A DNA stretch of 64,000 bases from Candidatus Cryptobacteroides sp. (GCA_045613365.1 JAZLAS010000065.1:10252-74251), one strand, 5' to 3'; counted from the stretch's first letter, positions 10,894 through 21,730 are shown. A program made the numbers and translations. Notes: generated by a model not told the origin, from the letters alone.

Positions 10894-12711
10894 TTAATTC
10901 TGCTTGAGTTCGAGATAAGCCTGATTAGTCTGTCCGTTTCTATACTTGACCTCATATGGCCATACATTGTTCTCGTCCTGTTTCCACTGGAGATATGGAC
11001 TTACGTCAACATTGTAAACATAGTTGACCTCGTCGTCACAACGTGTAGTGTTAGAGAAGTCGATGTCGCCGAATGGACGTCCACCGGCCTGCTTGATCAC
11101 GTGGCCAGCACCCTCATCAAACTTCCACCAAGCACCCCAGTTGCTGTTGTACATGTTTGTTGCACGGTCATCATCAACACCGCCGTAGCACTGAGTGATA
11201 CGGTTCTTGCCAAGACCATAGTTCCAAACTACAACATTCGAGATACGTCCGTGGAGCTCATTACCGCGACGGTAGCCTGTTCCCCAAGATGAGTTGAACT
11301 CGATAGCCTGGAATTCGCAACGCTCTGCCTGGAGGACAGCCTTCTCTTCTGCAGTAAGGTCAATACGTGCAACCTCTTCACAGTCGAGATACATGATGTA
11401 TGAATTCTGATTGTAAACAAGAGCATACTGATACCATCTTCCGGCCTCGATTGCTGGCGCATAGAGATGCTTTCTGAGTTTGCCAGGACCTACCCACCAC
11501 TCGAGACGAGTATCGTAGTTACCCTTCTGGCCGTAACGGAGCATGTTGATCCATCCCTCGTTTGCATCAGAGAAGTTACCGATACGTGCTACTCTTGTGA
11601 TCTCATCAAGATATACATGGAAAATATAAGTATAACCCTGGTTGCCGTCTGGTGATGGCTGGAATACCATTGGCTTCTCAAACTTGAACCATGTAGCCAT
11701 TCTGTAGTCTCCAAGATAGAGAGCTGAGAAGAAGTTAGAAGCTGTCTCGAAGTTTGTAGGCTTGATCACGATGTAAGTAACACCGCAGTTAGGATCGATA
11801 GTAGCCTCATTAGGATTTACTCCGAGAACTACAGGAACGAGGTAACCTCTTTCATCAGTAAGATATGCCTGATTCTCTCCTGCAACAATATTCGAGATAT
11901 TCTCAACAGTGATAGTAGCAGTTGTAGCCTTTGCATCCTGAGCCATTGTGATAGGATCAGTGAAGTTTACCTTCACACCTGAAGGGAGTGTCTGGTAGTC
12001 TGTTCCGTTTGCAGCATTGTACTTAGCAACAAGAGTATTATCAACTGAGAGAGTAAGATCGAACGGCTGGAAAGCAGGGTCAACTCCATTGATTGTGATG
12101 GTCTTTGAGATAGCCTCAGCACCTGTGATAGTTGTCTCGTTAGGGTAGTTCTTGATTCCAAACTCAGTAACAGACTCTTCAACAGAAATAAGGTTAGCGA
12201 TAGGATCGACATTCTCAGTCACTACCATAAGGTAAGCGATATTAGAGTTTGTAGAAACCTTCACACCTGAAGCGGAAGCGATGCGGAAAGGAGCCTGATA
12301 AAGAACTTCCTTAAGCTTAGGGAAGTCAGCCTTGTCGATCTTCACATCAATAGTCGCCTCAGTCTGTCCGGCAGGAATGGTTACCTTTCCGTTGAACTTG
12401 AGAACGCCTTCCGGGAATGCATTGTAATCACCTGTAAGACTTGTATTGTCAACATCGACTACAATATCAACTGCAGACGCCTGCTTCTCAGTAAGAGCGA
12501 CAGTCACCTGTGTTGCAACCTCACCAACTTCTCCAAGAGTAGTGGTGTGGTAAACATAGCATGTAGTAGCCTTGTACATCGCCTCTGTACCATCGACGAT
12601 ATATGCAAAGTCTCCGACTACACCCTGAACATCAGCCACTTCCTCCTGGCATGACGCAAAACCGAAAGCGGATGCGCAGAGGAGAAGCAAATATTTAAAT
12701 GTATTCTTCAT
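10894..12711 (-). CDS. Surface glycan-binding lipoprotein, DUF1735-like domains plus LamG/ConA-like domain
   Basis: Lipobox FASC. DUF1735-like segments (VDNTLVAKYNAANGTDYQTLP). C-terminal LamG pattern (WYQYALVY...WWKFDEGAG). Last gene of the susC/D operon. Confidence 0.72.
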   Translation of the reverse strand: MKNTFKYLLLLCASAFGFASCQEEVADVQGVVGDFAYIVDGTEAMYKATTCYVYHTTTLGEVGEVATQVTVALTEKQASAVDIVVDVDNTSLTGDYNAFPEGVLKFNGKVTIPAGQTEATIDVKIDKADFPKLKEVLYQAPFRIASASGVKVSTNSNIAYLMVVTENVDPIANLISVEESVTEFGIKNYPNETTITGAEAISKTITINGVDPAFQPFDLTLSVDNTLVAKYNAANGTDYQTLPSGVKVNFTDPITMAQDAKATTATITVENISNIVAGENQAYLTDERGYLVPVVLGVNPNEATIDPNCGVTYIVIKPTNFETASNFFSALYLGDYRMATWFKFEKPMVFQPSPDGNQGYTYIFHVYLDEITRVARIGNFSDANEGWINMLRYGQKGNYDTRLEWWVGPGKLRKHLYAPAIEAGRWYQYALVYNQNSYIMYLDCEEVARIDLTAEEKAVLQAERCEFQAIEFNSSWGTGYRRGNELHGRISNVVVWNYGLGKNRITQCYGGVDDDRATNMYNSNWGAWWKFDEGAGHVIKQAGGRPFGDIDFSNTTRCDDEVNYVYNVDVSPYLQWKQDENNVWPYEVKYRNGQTNQAYLELKQN

Positions 12712-12728
12712 TTCAATTCAATAATTAA

Positions 12729-13955
12729 TTAGTTGAGACACTTGTTCTTATCGTCGAACACCCAAGCCTGCTCCGCATAAGAAGAATAGTCATAATCTTC
12801 AAGCGGACCGTCCTCGTTAGAGTCGCGTGATGTTGTTTTCCAGTTCATATCGTAACCATTTCCGGTTGCATCGTGGAAGACATAACCCGTACCCTCGTTC
12901 ATTCTCCAGTAAGCCTTGAGACCCTCTGCAGTTGATGCATCAACAGCGCAGAGACCAAGCTGAATCTCACCGATAGAAAGTGCGCGGTCCCAAACACGTA
13001 CCTCAGCGATACGGCCAAGGAATCTCTGCTTCTGCGGATATCCGCCACCCCATGACATACCGAGTTCGAAACGCTGGAATGTGTTAGAGCAGTCAGCAAC
13101 AAGCTCGCTGTCGAGAACACCGTTCACATAGAATCTGAGAGTTGAACCGTCAAATGCAAGTGAGAGAGTGTACCAGTTACCTGTCTCGAAACGAGTCTTT
13201 GAGATTATGTTTCCGCCTGGAGACACGATCTGGAGAGAGTTGATATCCTGACCGTTCTCACCGAAACGGAGCATCATTGATCTTGACTCATCCTTTGCAG
13301 TCCATGAGCAGAGACGGCTGATAGGCTCGCTACCTGGGTGGTACTGATCGATCATACACTTGATCTCATATGTATAAGTTGGGAGCTCCAGTTTCTTTGA
13401 ATCATCGAAAATGAAGTTCGAATACATACGATAGTTGCTGATATCAAGAGCAGTAAACTCCATGATTGTTGAAAGACGGATATAGAGAGTTCTTGAAGCC
13501 TCAACGACATCAAGACCGCCACCTTTCACAGCTGTGATGGTAACAGGAACGATATAGATACGTCCATCCTCGAATGCATCTCTTGAAACGATGCTGAAAA
13601 GCGAAGCCTCTGAAGAAGTTGCACCCTTCTTGATCACAACCTCTTTCTTTGCGAGAGAAGTAGCATTGTCAGGAAGTGCATAGTAGCTTGTCCTGTACTG
13701 CTGGTTGTATTTCTCAACAAGGCTGTTATCAATCTTAAGACTGATCTTCACATCCTCTGACACAGGACCTGTAGCTGAAACTGTCACAGGATAAGTGGCA
13801 GCATCATCCTCTACAGCGAACTTGATCATAGGATTCATATCTGTTCCGGTCATGACGATAGCCTCAGGACTCGGATCGAAGAAGTCTCCTGCAACGCAGC
13901 CTGCGAAAAGGAAAGCACAAGCCGCAATAACGCCGAATTTAATATATTTAATCAT
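12729..13955 (-). CDS. DUF1735 plus LamG-domain lipoprotein, putative surface glycan-binding protein
   Basis: Lipobox FAGC, IDNSLVEKYNQQYRTSYYALP, WYTLSLAFDG..RFYVNG, GRIAEVRVWDRALS, AYWRMNEG. Confidence 0.78.
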   Translation of the reverse strand: MIKYIKFGVIAACAFLFAGCVAGDFFDPSPEAIVMTGTDMNPMIKFAVEDDAATYPVTVSATGPVSEDVKISLKIDNSLVEKYNQQYRTSYYALPDNATSLAKKEVVIKKGATSSEASLFSIVSRDAFEDGRIYIVPVTITAVKGGGLDVVEASRTLYIRLSTIMEFTALDISNYRMYSNFIFDDSKKLELPTYTYEIKCMIDQYHPGSEPISRLCSWTAKDESRSMMLRFGENGQDINSLQIVSPGGNIISKTRFETGNWYTLSLAFDGSTLRFYVNGVLDSELVADCSNTFQRFELGMSWGGGYPQKQRFLGRIAEVRVWDRALSIGEIQLGLCAVDASTAEGLKAYWRMNEGTGYVFHDATGNGYDMNWKTTSRDSNEDGPLEDYDYSSYAEQAWVFDDKNKCLN

Positions 13956-13969
13956 AATTGTAATCTCCT

Positions 13970-15055
13970 TTATCTGATTGAAGGGTTAGCAACCTGGATA
14001 CCTTTACGGAACTCATAGTAAGGACCCTTTGTAGAGTAATAGTTACGATCCACATAGAACACACCCCAACCAGCCATATTATTTTCAGAAGTATGGCGTG
14101 CGAAGCCCTCGAACGAATACATTTCTGAACCGTCGGAAGTGTAGATCTGGTTACCGCGGTCATCCTTCCACAATCCACCTCCGTTGAGAGCATAGTCAGT
14201 CTGACCACCCTGCTCGCAAGCGATGATCTTCTCGGCAGGAATACCGGCATTGATACCACGAGTGGTGTAGAAGTTTCTAAGACGTGCAGTTGAACACCCG
14301 ATCTGCGGAGTATAGCACTGGATCACGAGATAATCGATATACTGGTTGATCTCTGCAGGAGGGACATCGCTGAAAAGGTCAAGGATAACAAGTTTGCCCT
14401 GTGGCTTGAGAGCCTCATTGAGCTTCCTCATCACATAGATGATAGTCTCATGGTCTCTCCATACAGGAATACCTGGCTCCCAGTCAACGTCAACACCGTC
14501 AAGACCAGCCTCTTCAACCTTGTCAAGCATGAGCTTGATATGATTGTCAAGACCCTTGCGGAAAGTAGCCTCTGCTGATGTATCGCCACCTTTCCAAGCA
14601 TTGTAAGCCTCGTGGATATTGATTGTCTCACCTTTATAAACAACCTCTCTTGTAGTAGCGCCGTCACCATGGAGGACGAATCTTGTTCCAAGGTTCTCCT
14701 GCATGTACTTCATGTCAGCATATGCTACAGGTGAATAGCTTTCACTCTCAGGATTAGGGCTAGGATAACCCATCCAGAGGTTCACGATATCAAGACTGTC
14801 AGGAAGTCCTCTGAGGCGCTCACCCCATGATGCAGGATCCTTGTAGCCGGTCAAGCCTTCGAGCGGTGCCCATGCTGCATAATAGCAGTATGAAAGGGTA
14901 TGCTCGCTCTTCTTATACTCGCGGATGTTCTCGAAGTACTGCTCATCATAAGTGAATGGCTCCTGAAGAACAATCGCCTCCTCCTTGAGACAGCTGCTGA
15001 TTGCAGCAACTGCGAGTGCCGAAGCAAATATGAATTTTATCTTGTTCATTGTCAT
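13970..15055 (-). CDS. GH18 endo-beta-N-acetylglucosaminidase-like lipoprotein
   Basis: Lipobox ISSC, LPDSLDIVNLW, catalytic DxxDxDxE motif (LDGVDVDWE). Directly downstream of susD, as in N-glycan PULs. Confidence 0.85.
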   Translation of the reverse strand: MTMNKIKFIFASALAVAAISSCLKEEAIVLQEPFTYDEQYFENIREYKKSEHTLSYCYYAAWAPLEGLTGYKDPASWGERLRGLPDSLDIVNLWMGYPSPNPESESYSPVAYADMKYMQENLGTRFVLHGDGATTREVVYKGETINIHEAYNAWKGGDTSAEATFRKGLDNHIKLMLDKVEEAGLDGVDVDWEPGIPVWRDHETIIYVMRKLNEALKPQGKLVILDLFSDVPPAEINQYIDYLVIQCYTPQIGCSTARLRNFYTTRGINAGIPAEKIIACEQGGQTDYALNGGGLWKDDRGNQIYTSDGSEMYSFEGFARHTSENNMAGWGVFYVDRNYYSTKGPYYEFRKGIQVANPSIR

Positions 15056-15061
15056 TTTTTA

Positions 15062-16663
15062 TTAACGAGGTTTCTTGTCCCACCAAAGTTTTGTACCTGC
15101 ATTGTCAGAACCGCCAAGCTTAGCGACGCCCGCAGCGACACCGGCAGCATTGGTAGAATACTCATCATGTGGATAAGGTACACGACGGATCTGAAGGTCT
15201 GTATTCACTGCACCCTCACTATCATTGTTCATTACAGGGAGAAGTGCAGGATAGCCTGTACGACGGTACTCAGCCCAAGCCTCGCAGCCGTTAGGATAGA
15301 TTGCAATCCACTTCTGAGTGATGATCTTCTCAAGAGCAAGCTCGAAGTCAGCAGCAGCGTCCCAAGCGATGGTCACATCACTGAGAGCAGAAGCGTTACC
15401 ACCATTGTTGGTAGCATCAACGAAGTCTGCTGGAGTTGCAGTAGAGTTTGCAATGTAAGAATCTGCGCTGCCAGCACCAGTCTCTTCGAATGAGAGTCTG
15501 ATACCTGCCTCATAGAACTCCTGAGCAGAACCGCCCATGTTCCAGCCACGGAGAGCACCCTCAGCACGAAGGAATGCCACCTCGGAAGCAGTCATCCATA
15601 CAAGCTCTGCATTCTCTGTATTAGGAGCAGAAACGTTACCTGCTGCATTTCTATAAGCAGCCCAGTTAGATGTATGGATACCGTTTCTTACACCGTTGTA
15701 CTCACCCTTTGCTGTAGCCTTGAAGTACTTAGGAAGACGTGGGTCATTGTAACCGTTAAGATAAGAATCCATAGAAGCACCCATCTGAGTATCACCGTCG
15801 TTGAAGCCGTTGATTGTAGTCACAGGGTGAGTATAGATTGTATAAGACTTGCTGATCTTCGCACCATCTGCAGCCTCAGCCATAACACCGGTCATGTCTG
15901 CGATAGACTTCTCAGCCTCTGCCTTTGCAAGAGCCTCGTTTGCGTAAACAACGCGCATAGCAAGACGGAGACGGAGAGAGTTAGCAAAACGGATCCACTT
16001 TGTAACGTCACCACCATAAACGATATCATACTCTGCAAGGAGTGAGCTACCAGGATTTGCGTTCTTGAATGAATTGAGGACATCTACAGCTGCACCAAGC
16101 TCCTCGAAGAACTGTGCATAGATCTCTTCCTGAGAATCGTAAGTTACATTGCCTTCTCCACCCATCATAGAATAAGGAACCGGACCATAATAGTCGGTTA
16201 CTCTGTGCATGAAAGCAACCTTTACGATATTGGCAAGAGCAAGTACCTGCTCCTGTTCTGCAGCAGCCTTTACGAGCTGTACATAAGCCGAAGCACCCTT
16301 TGTATAGGTGAATGAGAACATCGCTCTTCTCCAAGACTCTGTCATGAAGTAGCTTCCGCAGTGAACTCCGTTGTTGCTGTTGATTGTAGGAGCGAAATAT
16401 CCTGCATATGAATCAGCAAGAAGGTTGTATGCGATCTGATAGTCAGAGTCGAGGTTCACACCGTCATTGTAGATATATACAGTTCTGAGCATCTGAGAGA
16501 AGAATGAGCCGGTCTTGAGACCGTCATGGTTCATCTGCTCATCAGTAGCCTCGTGCTGGTTTGTATTGAAGTACTCGAAGTTCTTCGTACAAGCGGTCAG
16601 CATTGTGCTGAAGCAAACTGCCACAGCAAGACCCTTAAATATATTTTTCATATTGATAGTCAT
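15062..16663 (-). CDS. susD: SusD/RagB-family lipoprotein
   Basis: Lipobox LTAC, DYYGPVPYS, FANSLRLRLAMR, IITQKWIA..EAWAEYRRTGYP, GTKLWWD. Confidence 0.93.
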   Translation of the reverse strand: MTINMKNIFKGLAVAVCFSTMLTACTKNFEYFNTNQHEATDEQMNHDGLKTGSFFSQMLRTVYIYNDGVNLDSDYQIAYNLLADSYAGYFAPTINSNNGVHCGSYFMTESWRRAMFSFTYTKGASAYVQLVKAAAEQEQVLALANIVKVAFMHRVTDYYGPVPYSMMGGEGNVTYDSQEEIYAQFFEELGAAVDVLNSFKNANPGSSLLAEYDIVYGGDVTKWIRFANSLRLRLAMRVVYANEALAKAEAEKSIADMTGVMAEAADGAKISKSYTIYTHPVTTINGFNDGDTQMGASMDSYLNGYNDPRLPKYFKATAKGEYNGVRNGIHTSNWAAYRNAAGNVSAPNTENAELVWMTASEVAFLRAEGALRGWNMGGSAQEFYEAGIRLSFEETGAGSADSYIANSTATPADFVDATNNGGNASALSDVTIAWDAAADFELALEKIITQKWIAIYPNGCEAWAEYRRTGYPALLPVMNNDSEGAVNTDLQIRRVPYPHDEYSTNAAGVAAGVAKLGGSDNAGTKLWWDKKPR

Positions 16664-16677
16664 AACTTTTGCGGCAA

Positions 16678-19600
16678 TTAGAATTTAAGTTTAACTGAGA
16701 AACCAAGGTTGCGTACGCTTGGCTGCATGAAATAGTCAACACCCATACCGTATGTACCGGTAGAAGCTGTCATCTCAGGATCGTATGGAGCATTCATGTA
16801 GATCATAACAAGGTTGTGAGCTACGAACGATACATTGAGACCCTTGAGCCACTTGCACCAGTTCTGTACAGGGAAGTTGTAACCGAATGAGAGTTCACCG
16901 AGACGGACATTGGTAGCGTCATATACATACTGTGAAAGAACGCCGCTTCCTGAACCGATTGTCTGATAGTACTCCTTCGCAGGGATAAGCTTTCCGTTAA
17001 CGACTGCACCGCCGTTGTCACGTGCATCAGCAGTAGCCTGTGAAATACCGTAGTAGTCCATGACTGCCTGAGTCTTTGAAACGACTACACCACCAAGTCT
17101 TGCACTGAAGAGGAAGTTGAGGTTGAAGCCCTTGTAGTTGAACTCGTTACCCCAGCTGAGGAGATGCTTAGGAGCTGTATCGCCAGCATATACATATGTA
17201 TTATAGTCTGCTGTAACTGTCTGGTTTGAAGGGTGAACATAGATTGCACCATGCTCATCAGTCTTGAGTGTAGTCACATAGATATCACCCATTGAACCGC
17301 CTTCCCTGAGGATTGTCTTCATACCAGCCATTCCACCCAACTCGAACTTATCGAATGGAAGAGAGATGATCTTGTTCTGGTTGTGAGAATAAGTCATGTA
17401 AGTTCTCCAGTTGAAGCCTGAAGCAAAGTCCTGATCCCAGCTTGCAGAAAGCTCGACACCCTGGTTGTTGACCTGACCGGCATTGATGATTTCTGTTGCA
17501 TAACCGGTAGTAGTTGAAATAGTATTCTCGAAGAACTGATTATAAGTACGAGACTGATAGTAAGTCACATCGAGCTTGAGTCTGTTATTGAACCAGTATG
17601 TATTCAGACCGACCTCCCAAGACTTTGTACGCTCTGGCTTAAGATACGGATTAGGTCTTCTTGTTGCAATGGTAACGTCTCCCATATTGATAGCATAAGT
17701 AGGGATAGTAAGGAACGGATCCGGATCGTTACCTACCTCTGAATAAGAAAGACGAGCCTTCATATAGCTGAGAACATCACCCTTAAGACCAGGGAAGATC
17801 TCAGTAAAGATTCCTGAAAGACCTACTGTAGGATAGAAGAATGAAGTGTAGTTCGATCCTGCGAATGTAGAAGCCCAGTCATTACGAGCTGTAACATCGA
17901 GATAAACCATACCCTTCCAGCCGACCTGTACGTTAGCGAACACAGCCTGCTTCATGATCTTGTAGCCGCTTGCGTCAACGTATGTCTGAGGATGAGTCCT
18001 GTCGATATTTGCAAGTGAGAATACGTTTGCAACTCTCTTGAAACCACCTTCTATGCTTTCATCTGCATAGTTTGTATATTCCATGTTAGTACCGAGCATC
18101 GCAGTGAGAGAAAGCTGGTCATCAAGGAAATACTTGTTGATGTTAAGGAGAGCCTCAGCAAAGATCTGAGTGTTCTCAATGTCGCGCTTTCCGTATGAAC
18201 CGTACTTGCTGTCCCTTGCAAGGAGCTCGAGAGTTGAAGCAGAGAACTTCTTCTCATGTGTCTCGATGTTCTTGTCGATCTTCGCACGTCCTGAAATGTT
18301 GATCCAAGGAGCTATTTCATATTTGAGCTGAGCCGATCCCATGACACGTGTCTTATTGTTCACGAACTTCTGACGGTCAGTGATCCAATAAGGGTTCTGC
18401 ATAGTAAGGTCGTTCTCATATGGCCAGTACTGGGTCTTGAAACCACGCTCTGCATTGTAACGCTCGTAGATCTTGATACGCTCGAAGTCATCTGCTGCAG
18501 GGAAGAGGTAAACAGGAAGCACAGGGTTTGAATACTGACCCTGAGAAATCATGTTCTGCTCTCTGATATGCGAGTATGATGCACTGAGGTCGAGAGTCAT
18601 CTTGTCATCGAGGAACTTAGATGTGTTACGGATAGAGAAGTTGTAACGGTCATAGTCATTGTTACGAACAATACCCTCTGCATTTGTAGCAGCCATCGAG
18701 AAGTAAGTCTGGCTCTTCTCGTTACCTGTAGAAATGCTGAGTGAGTTGTTTGTGTTGTAGCCTGTCTGGAAGAAGTCCCTAGGGTTGTAAGAAGCAGGTG
18801 TTGCAAGTTTCTCACCCCAGCTCTGGTATGAGCCGGCCTCTGTTGTTCCGTAAGTATTCTGGAAACGAGGCATGATGTAAGCATTCGAGAATGAAGTGCT
18901 GTTTGAGAAATTCACAGAGAAATCGCCCTGAGAACCCTTCTTTGTTGTAATGATGACAACTCCGTTTGCTGCAGAAGAACCGTAAAGAGCGGCTGCCGAT
19001 GGACCAGAAAGCACTGAAATGCTCTCGATATCGTCAGGGTTGATGGCAGAAAGACCGTCACCTGTCTGGCCAGCACCAGCGAATACACCTTCTGGCTGAT
19101 CTCCCTGGAGAGATGGCATAGGAATACCGTCGATCACGTAAAGTGCGTTGTTGTTTCCTGAGATTGACTTAGTACCACGCATAACGACACGGCTACCACC
19201 ACCGATACCGGTAGAAGATGTATTGATAGATACACCGGCAACCTTACCGTTAAGTGAGTTCACGAATGAACCTACAGGTGTAACGTTCTCAAGTTTAGTC
19301 TCCTGAACGTTGTAAGAGAGGGATTTCTCTGATTTTGAGATACCCATCGCAGTAACGACAGTTGCCTCGAGAGCGTCAAACTCAGTAAAGAGAGTTGCGT
19401 TCACGACTGTACGTCCATTGATTTGTTCTACCTGATCCTTCATGCCGATGTATGAGAAAATCAGAGCAGTCGATCCTTCAGGAACCGAGAGGGTATAGTT
19501 ACCGTCAAGGTCAGTGATTGTTCCGACTGTCGAGTTTCCTTCTACAAAGACACTGGCACCGATCAGTGGCTCTCCGAATTCATCGATTACAGTACCGCTG

Positions 19601-19698
19601 ATTGCAGTCTGCGCATAACCGATTCCAGCGAAGAGGAAGAATCCGGCCAAAGTCATGACAACTGAAGCCAGACCTTTCATCATAGAGTGTTTACTCAT
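16678..19698 (-). CDS. susC: SusC/RagA-family TonB-dependent transporter
   Basis: GEPLIGASV N-terminal domain, plug motif INPDDIESISVLSGPSAAALYGSSAANGVVIITTKKG, LKPERTKSWEVG, C-terminal F. Start set at the ATG of MSKHSMM. Confidence 0.95.
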   Translation of the reverse strand: MSKHSMMKGLASVVMTLAGFFLFAGIGYAQTAISGTVIDEFGEPLIGASVFVEGNSTVGTITDLDGNYTLSVPEGSTALIFSYIGMKDQVEQINGRTVVNATLFTEFDALEATVVTAMGISKSEKSLSYNVQETKLENVTPVGSFVNSLNGKVAGVSINTSSTGIGGGSRVVMRGTKSISGNNNALYVIDGIPMPSLQGDQPEGVFAGAGQTGDGLSAINPDDIESISVLSGPSAAALYGSSAANGVVIITTKKGSQGDFSVNFSNSTSFSNAYIMPRFQNTYGTTEAGSYQSWGEKLATPASYNPRDFFQTGYNTNNSLSISTGNEKSQTYFSMAATNAEGIVRNNDYDRYNFSIRNTSKFLDDKMTLDLSASYSHIREQNMISQGQYSNPVLPVYLFPAADDFERIKIYERYNAERGFKTQYWPYENDLTMQNPYWITDRQKFVNNKTRVMGSAQLKYEIAPWINISGRAKIDKNIETHEKKFSASTLELLARDSKYGSYGKRDIENTQIFAEALLNINKYFLDDQLSLTAMLGTNMEYTNYADESIEGGFKRVANVFSLANIDRTHPQTYVDASGYKIMKQAVFANVQVGWKGMVYLDVTARNDWASTFAGSNYTSFFYPTVGLSGIFTEIFPGLKGDVLSYMKARLSYSEVGNDPDPFLTIPTYAINMGDVTIATRRPNPYLKPERTKSWEVGLNTYWFNNRLKLDVTYYQSRTYNQFFENTISTTTGYATEIINAGQVNNQGVELSASWDQDFASGFNWRTYMTYSHNQNKIISLPFDKFELGGMAGMKTILREGGSMGDIYVTTLKTDEHGAIYVHPSNQTVTADYNTYVYAGDTAPKHLLSWGNEFNYKGFNLNFLFSARLGGVVVSKTQAVMDYYGISQATADARDNGGAVVNGKLIPAKEYYQTIGSGSGVLSQYVYDATNVRLGELSFGYNFPVQNWCKWLKGLNVSFVAHNLVMIYMNAPYDPEMTASTGTYGMGVDYFMQPSVRNLGFSVKLKF

Positions 19699-19784
19699 AA
19701 TTGGAAAAGTGTTATTGGTTAATTTAATGTTGATATAGTTTGTTACTATTTTCAATGTTTGTATAACAATGCGGTTATTCGGGC

Positions 19785-19792
19785 CAAAGTTA
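19785..19792 (-). promoter_or_regulatory. -7 promoter element of the susC operon
   Basis: Minus-strand TAACTTTG. Confidence 0.65.
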
Positions 19793-19810
19793 TAGCAATT
19801 TTTTGAGTTA

Positions 19811-19822
19811 TAAAACGTTTTA
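19811..19822. promoter_or_regulatory. Putative LacI-family operator overlapping the -33 region of the susC promoter
   Basis: Perfect palindrome TAAAACGTTTTA with the central CG typical of LacI operators, 18 nt from the -7 box. Confidence 0.6.
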
Positions 19823-19851
19823 GCACATTTTTCCGAACATTTCTTTAAAGT

Positions 19852-19879
19852 TGTGGCTCAGAAGGCCTTCCAAGCCACA
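19852..19879 (-). terminator. Hairpin downstream of GH29; terminator or 3' stabilising stem
   Basis: Minus strand TGTGGCTTGGAAGGCCTTCTGAGCCACA pairs through using two G-U pairs that are mismatches on the plus strand. Only a weak U tract follows. Confidence 0.55.
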
Positions 19880-19908
19880 TTTCATAAGTTCGGCTGCTAA
19901 AATTATTT

Positions 19909-21708
19909 TCATTCAATGACCGAAAAATCCGATACACCGTAGGTGTCGTGGCTCTGTCCGGCAGCACCGGCAGAAATCTCTACGCGAACAGGAGTCAGGC
20001 GTATTGCCTTGGCCTGTACAGGAGTATCGAAGAGTACATCACGTGATGTTGGATTGTTGATGATGTTCTCGAACATCTTGCCCTCATAAACCTTTGTCCA
20101 TGAAACTCCGTCAGCACTTGTCTCAAGGTCATATGTGACGATGCAGCCACCCTCTCCCTTATACATAGGAGCATAAGTGAATCCTTTCACGGTCTTCACA
20201 TCTCCAAGATCAAGGATAAGCTGCTCCGAAGCCGCTTTGACCTCTCCCACAGGGATATTGGCCTTTTCATCACTCACATAGATATTGTCCATATAAAGAG
20301 CGAAACCATTGATCACAGGACATGCGAGTGCCTCCTCGATATTGACGCGTACAGCAGTCGCTGTCACTGTAGGGACATGCACGATACGCTTATAGCCGAT
20401 GGTAGTCTCGTTTGCGATGGTCCTCCACTGTCCGTCTGCATCAAGAGCTTCTATGCTGAATGCAGCAACCCTCTGTCCGAGAGGTATGTACTCCTGGATC
20501 TGGACACGGTTGAATGTGCGTGGCTCCGGCAGATTCACAGTAAATGAAGCCGACAATACGTCATCATCAGTTGCCCAATATGAATCATAATCCGTATCAA
20601 GGACATTTGCAGCTGCATATTTACCGCTTCCTCCACGCACACAGTCTGCCTCAGCAGATGCGCCAGCAGCAAGATCCTCCGAGAAGATCTCATCTATGGC
20701 TGCACGAAGCTCCATAAGCCTTACAGAGTCAACCTCATGGAGAAGGCCACGCTTGTCGGCAGGGACATTGAGAAGGAGGAGCGAATTGCGGCCTACGCTT
20801 TCATAATATATCTTGAGAAGCTCCTGTACCGACTTCACCTTCTCGTTCTCTGATTCTCTCCAGAACCAGCCCGGACGGATAGATACATCTGTTTCAGCCG
20901 CTACCCATTTCTCGCCATCTGCTTCACCTTCGTTAAGTATATCACAATTGGCCGGACTGCTAGGAGTAAGTTCTCCGATATTCATTGTGCCCCAGCATGT
21001 ACGTCCGGCGCTTCCATACTCATTTCCTACCCAACGGCAGCCAGGACCGACATTGCTGAATATGATTGCATCAGGCTGCATCTTATACACGGTAGAATAG
21101 AAGAGCGGCCAGTCATATGTCTGCTTCTTGCCGTTAGGTCCTTCTCCGCACGCTCCGTCAAACCACTGTTCGAAGACCTCTCCATAGCTTCCTAGAGCAT
21201 GTTCCAATGTCTTCACGAACACATCGTTGTATGCGTCCGAACCATAATGAGGATCGTTTCTGTCCCACGGAGAAATATAGATACCGAACTCGAGGCCATA
21301 TTCCTTACAAGCCTCAGAGAGTTCCTTGAGGACATCACCCTTTCCTTCCCTCCAGCTGCTCTGAGCAACTGTATGCTGGCTTACAGGATTTGGCCAGAGG
21401 CAGAATCCGTCATGATGCTTGGCAGTAATGATGATTCCCTTCATTCCTGCAGCTTTTGCTGTTGCAGCCCACTGACGGCAATCCAATGCAGTCGGAGCAA
21501 AGATATCGGCACTTTCAGTACCGTCTCCCCATTCTGCACTTGTAAAAGTATTAGGACCGAAATGGACGAACATATTGTACTCCATCTTCTGCCATTCCAC
21601 CTGTGCATCTGACGGCAATGCACCGTATGGGGCTGGTGCCGGAACTGTTGAACAGGCAGCAATGACTGCCATTGAAAGGCAGCCGAGCAAGACTTTTTTC
21701 ATTCTCAT
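19909..21708 (-). CDS. GH29 alpha-L-fucosidase with two C-terminal F5/8 (CBM32-like) domains, predicted lipoprotein
   Basis: MFVHFGPNTF, ITAKHHDGFCLW, YISPWDRN, WFDGA, SIRPGWFW, SVGRNS.LLLNVP. Lipobox IAAC. Start likely MRMKK. Confidence 0.9.
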   Translation of the reverse strand: MRMKKVLLGCLSMAVIAACSTVPAPAPYGALPSDAQVEWQKMEYNMFVHFGPNTFTSAEWGDGTESADIFAPTALDCRQWAATAKAAGMKGIIITAKHHDGFCLWPNPVSQHTVAQSSWREGKGDVLKELSEACKEYGLEFGIYISPWDRNDPHYGSDAYNDVFVKTLEHALGSYGEVFEQWFDGACGEGPNGKKQTYDWPLFYSTVYKMQPDAIIFSNVGPGCRWVGNEYGSAGRTCWGTMNIGELTPSSPANCDILNEGEADGEKWVAAETDVSIRPGWFWRESENEKVKSVQELLKIYYESVGRNSLLLLNVPADKRGLLHEVDSVRLMELRAAIDEIFSEDLAAGASAEADCVRGGSGKYAAANVLDTDYDSYWATDDDVLSASFTVNLPEPRTFNRVQIQEYIPLGQRVAAFSIEALDADGQWRTIANETTIGYKRIVHVPTVTATAVRVNIEEALACPVINGFALYMDNIYVSDEKANIPVGEVKAASEQLILDLGDVKTVKGFTYAPMYKGEGGCIVTYDLETSADGVSWTKVYEGKMFENIINNPTSRDVLFDTPVQAKAIRLTPVRVEISAGAAGQSHDTYGVSDFSVIE

Positions 21709-21730
21709 AGTATTATCATTTATGTGTGTT

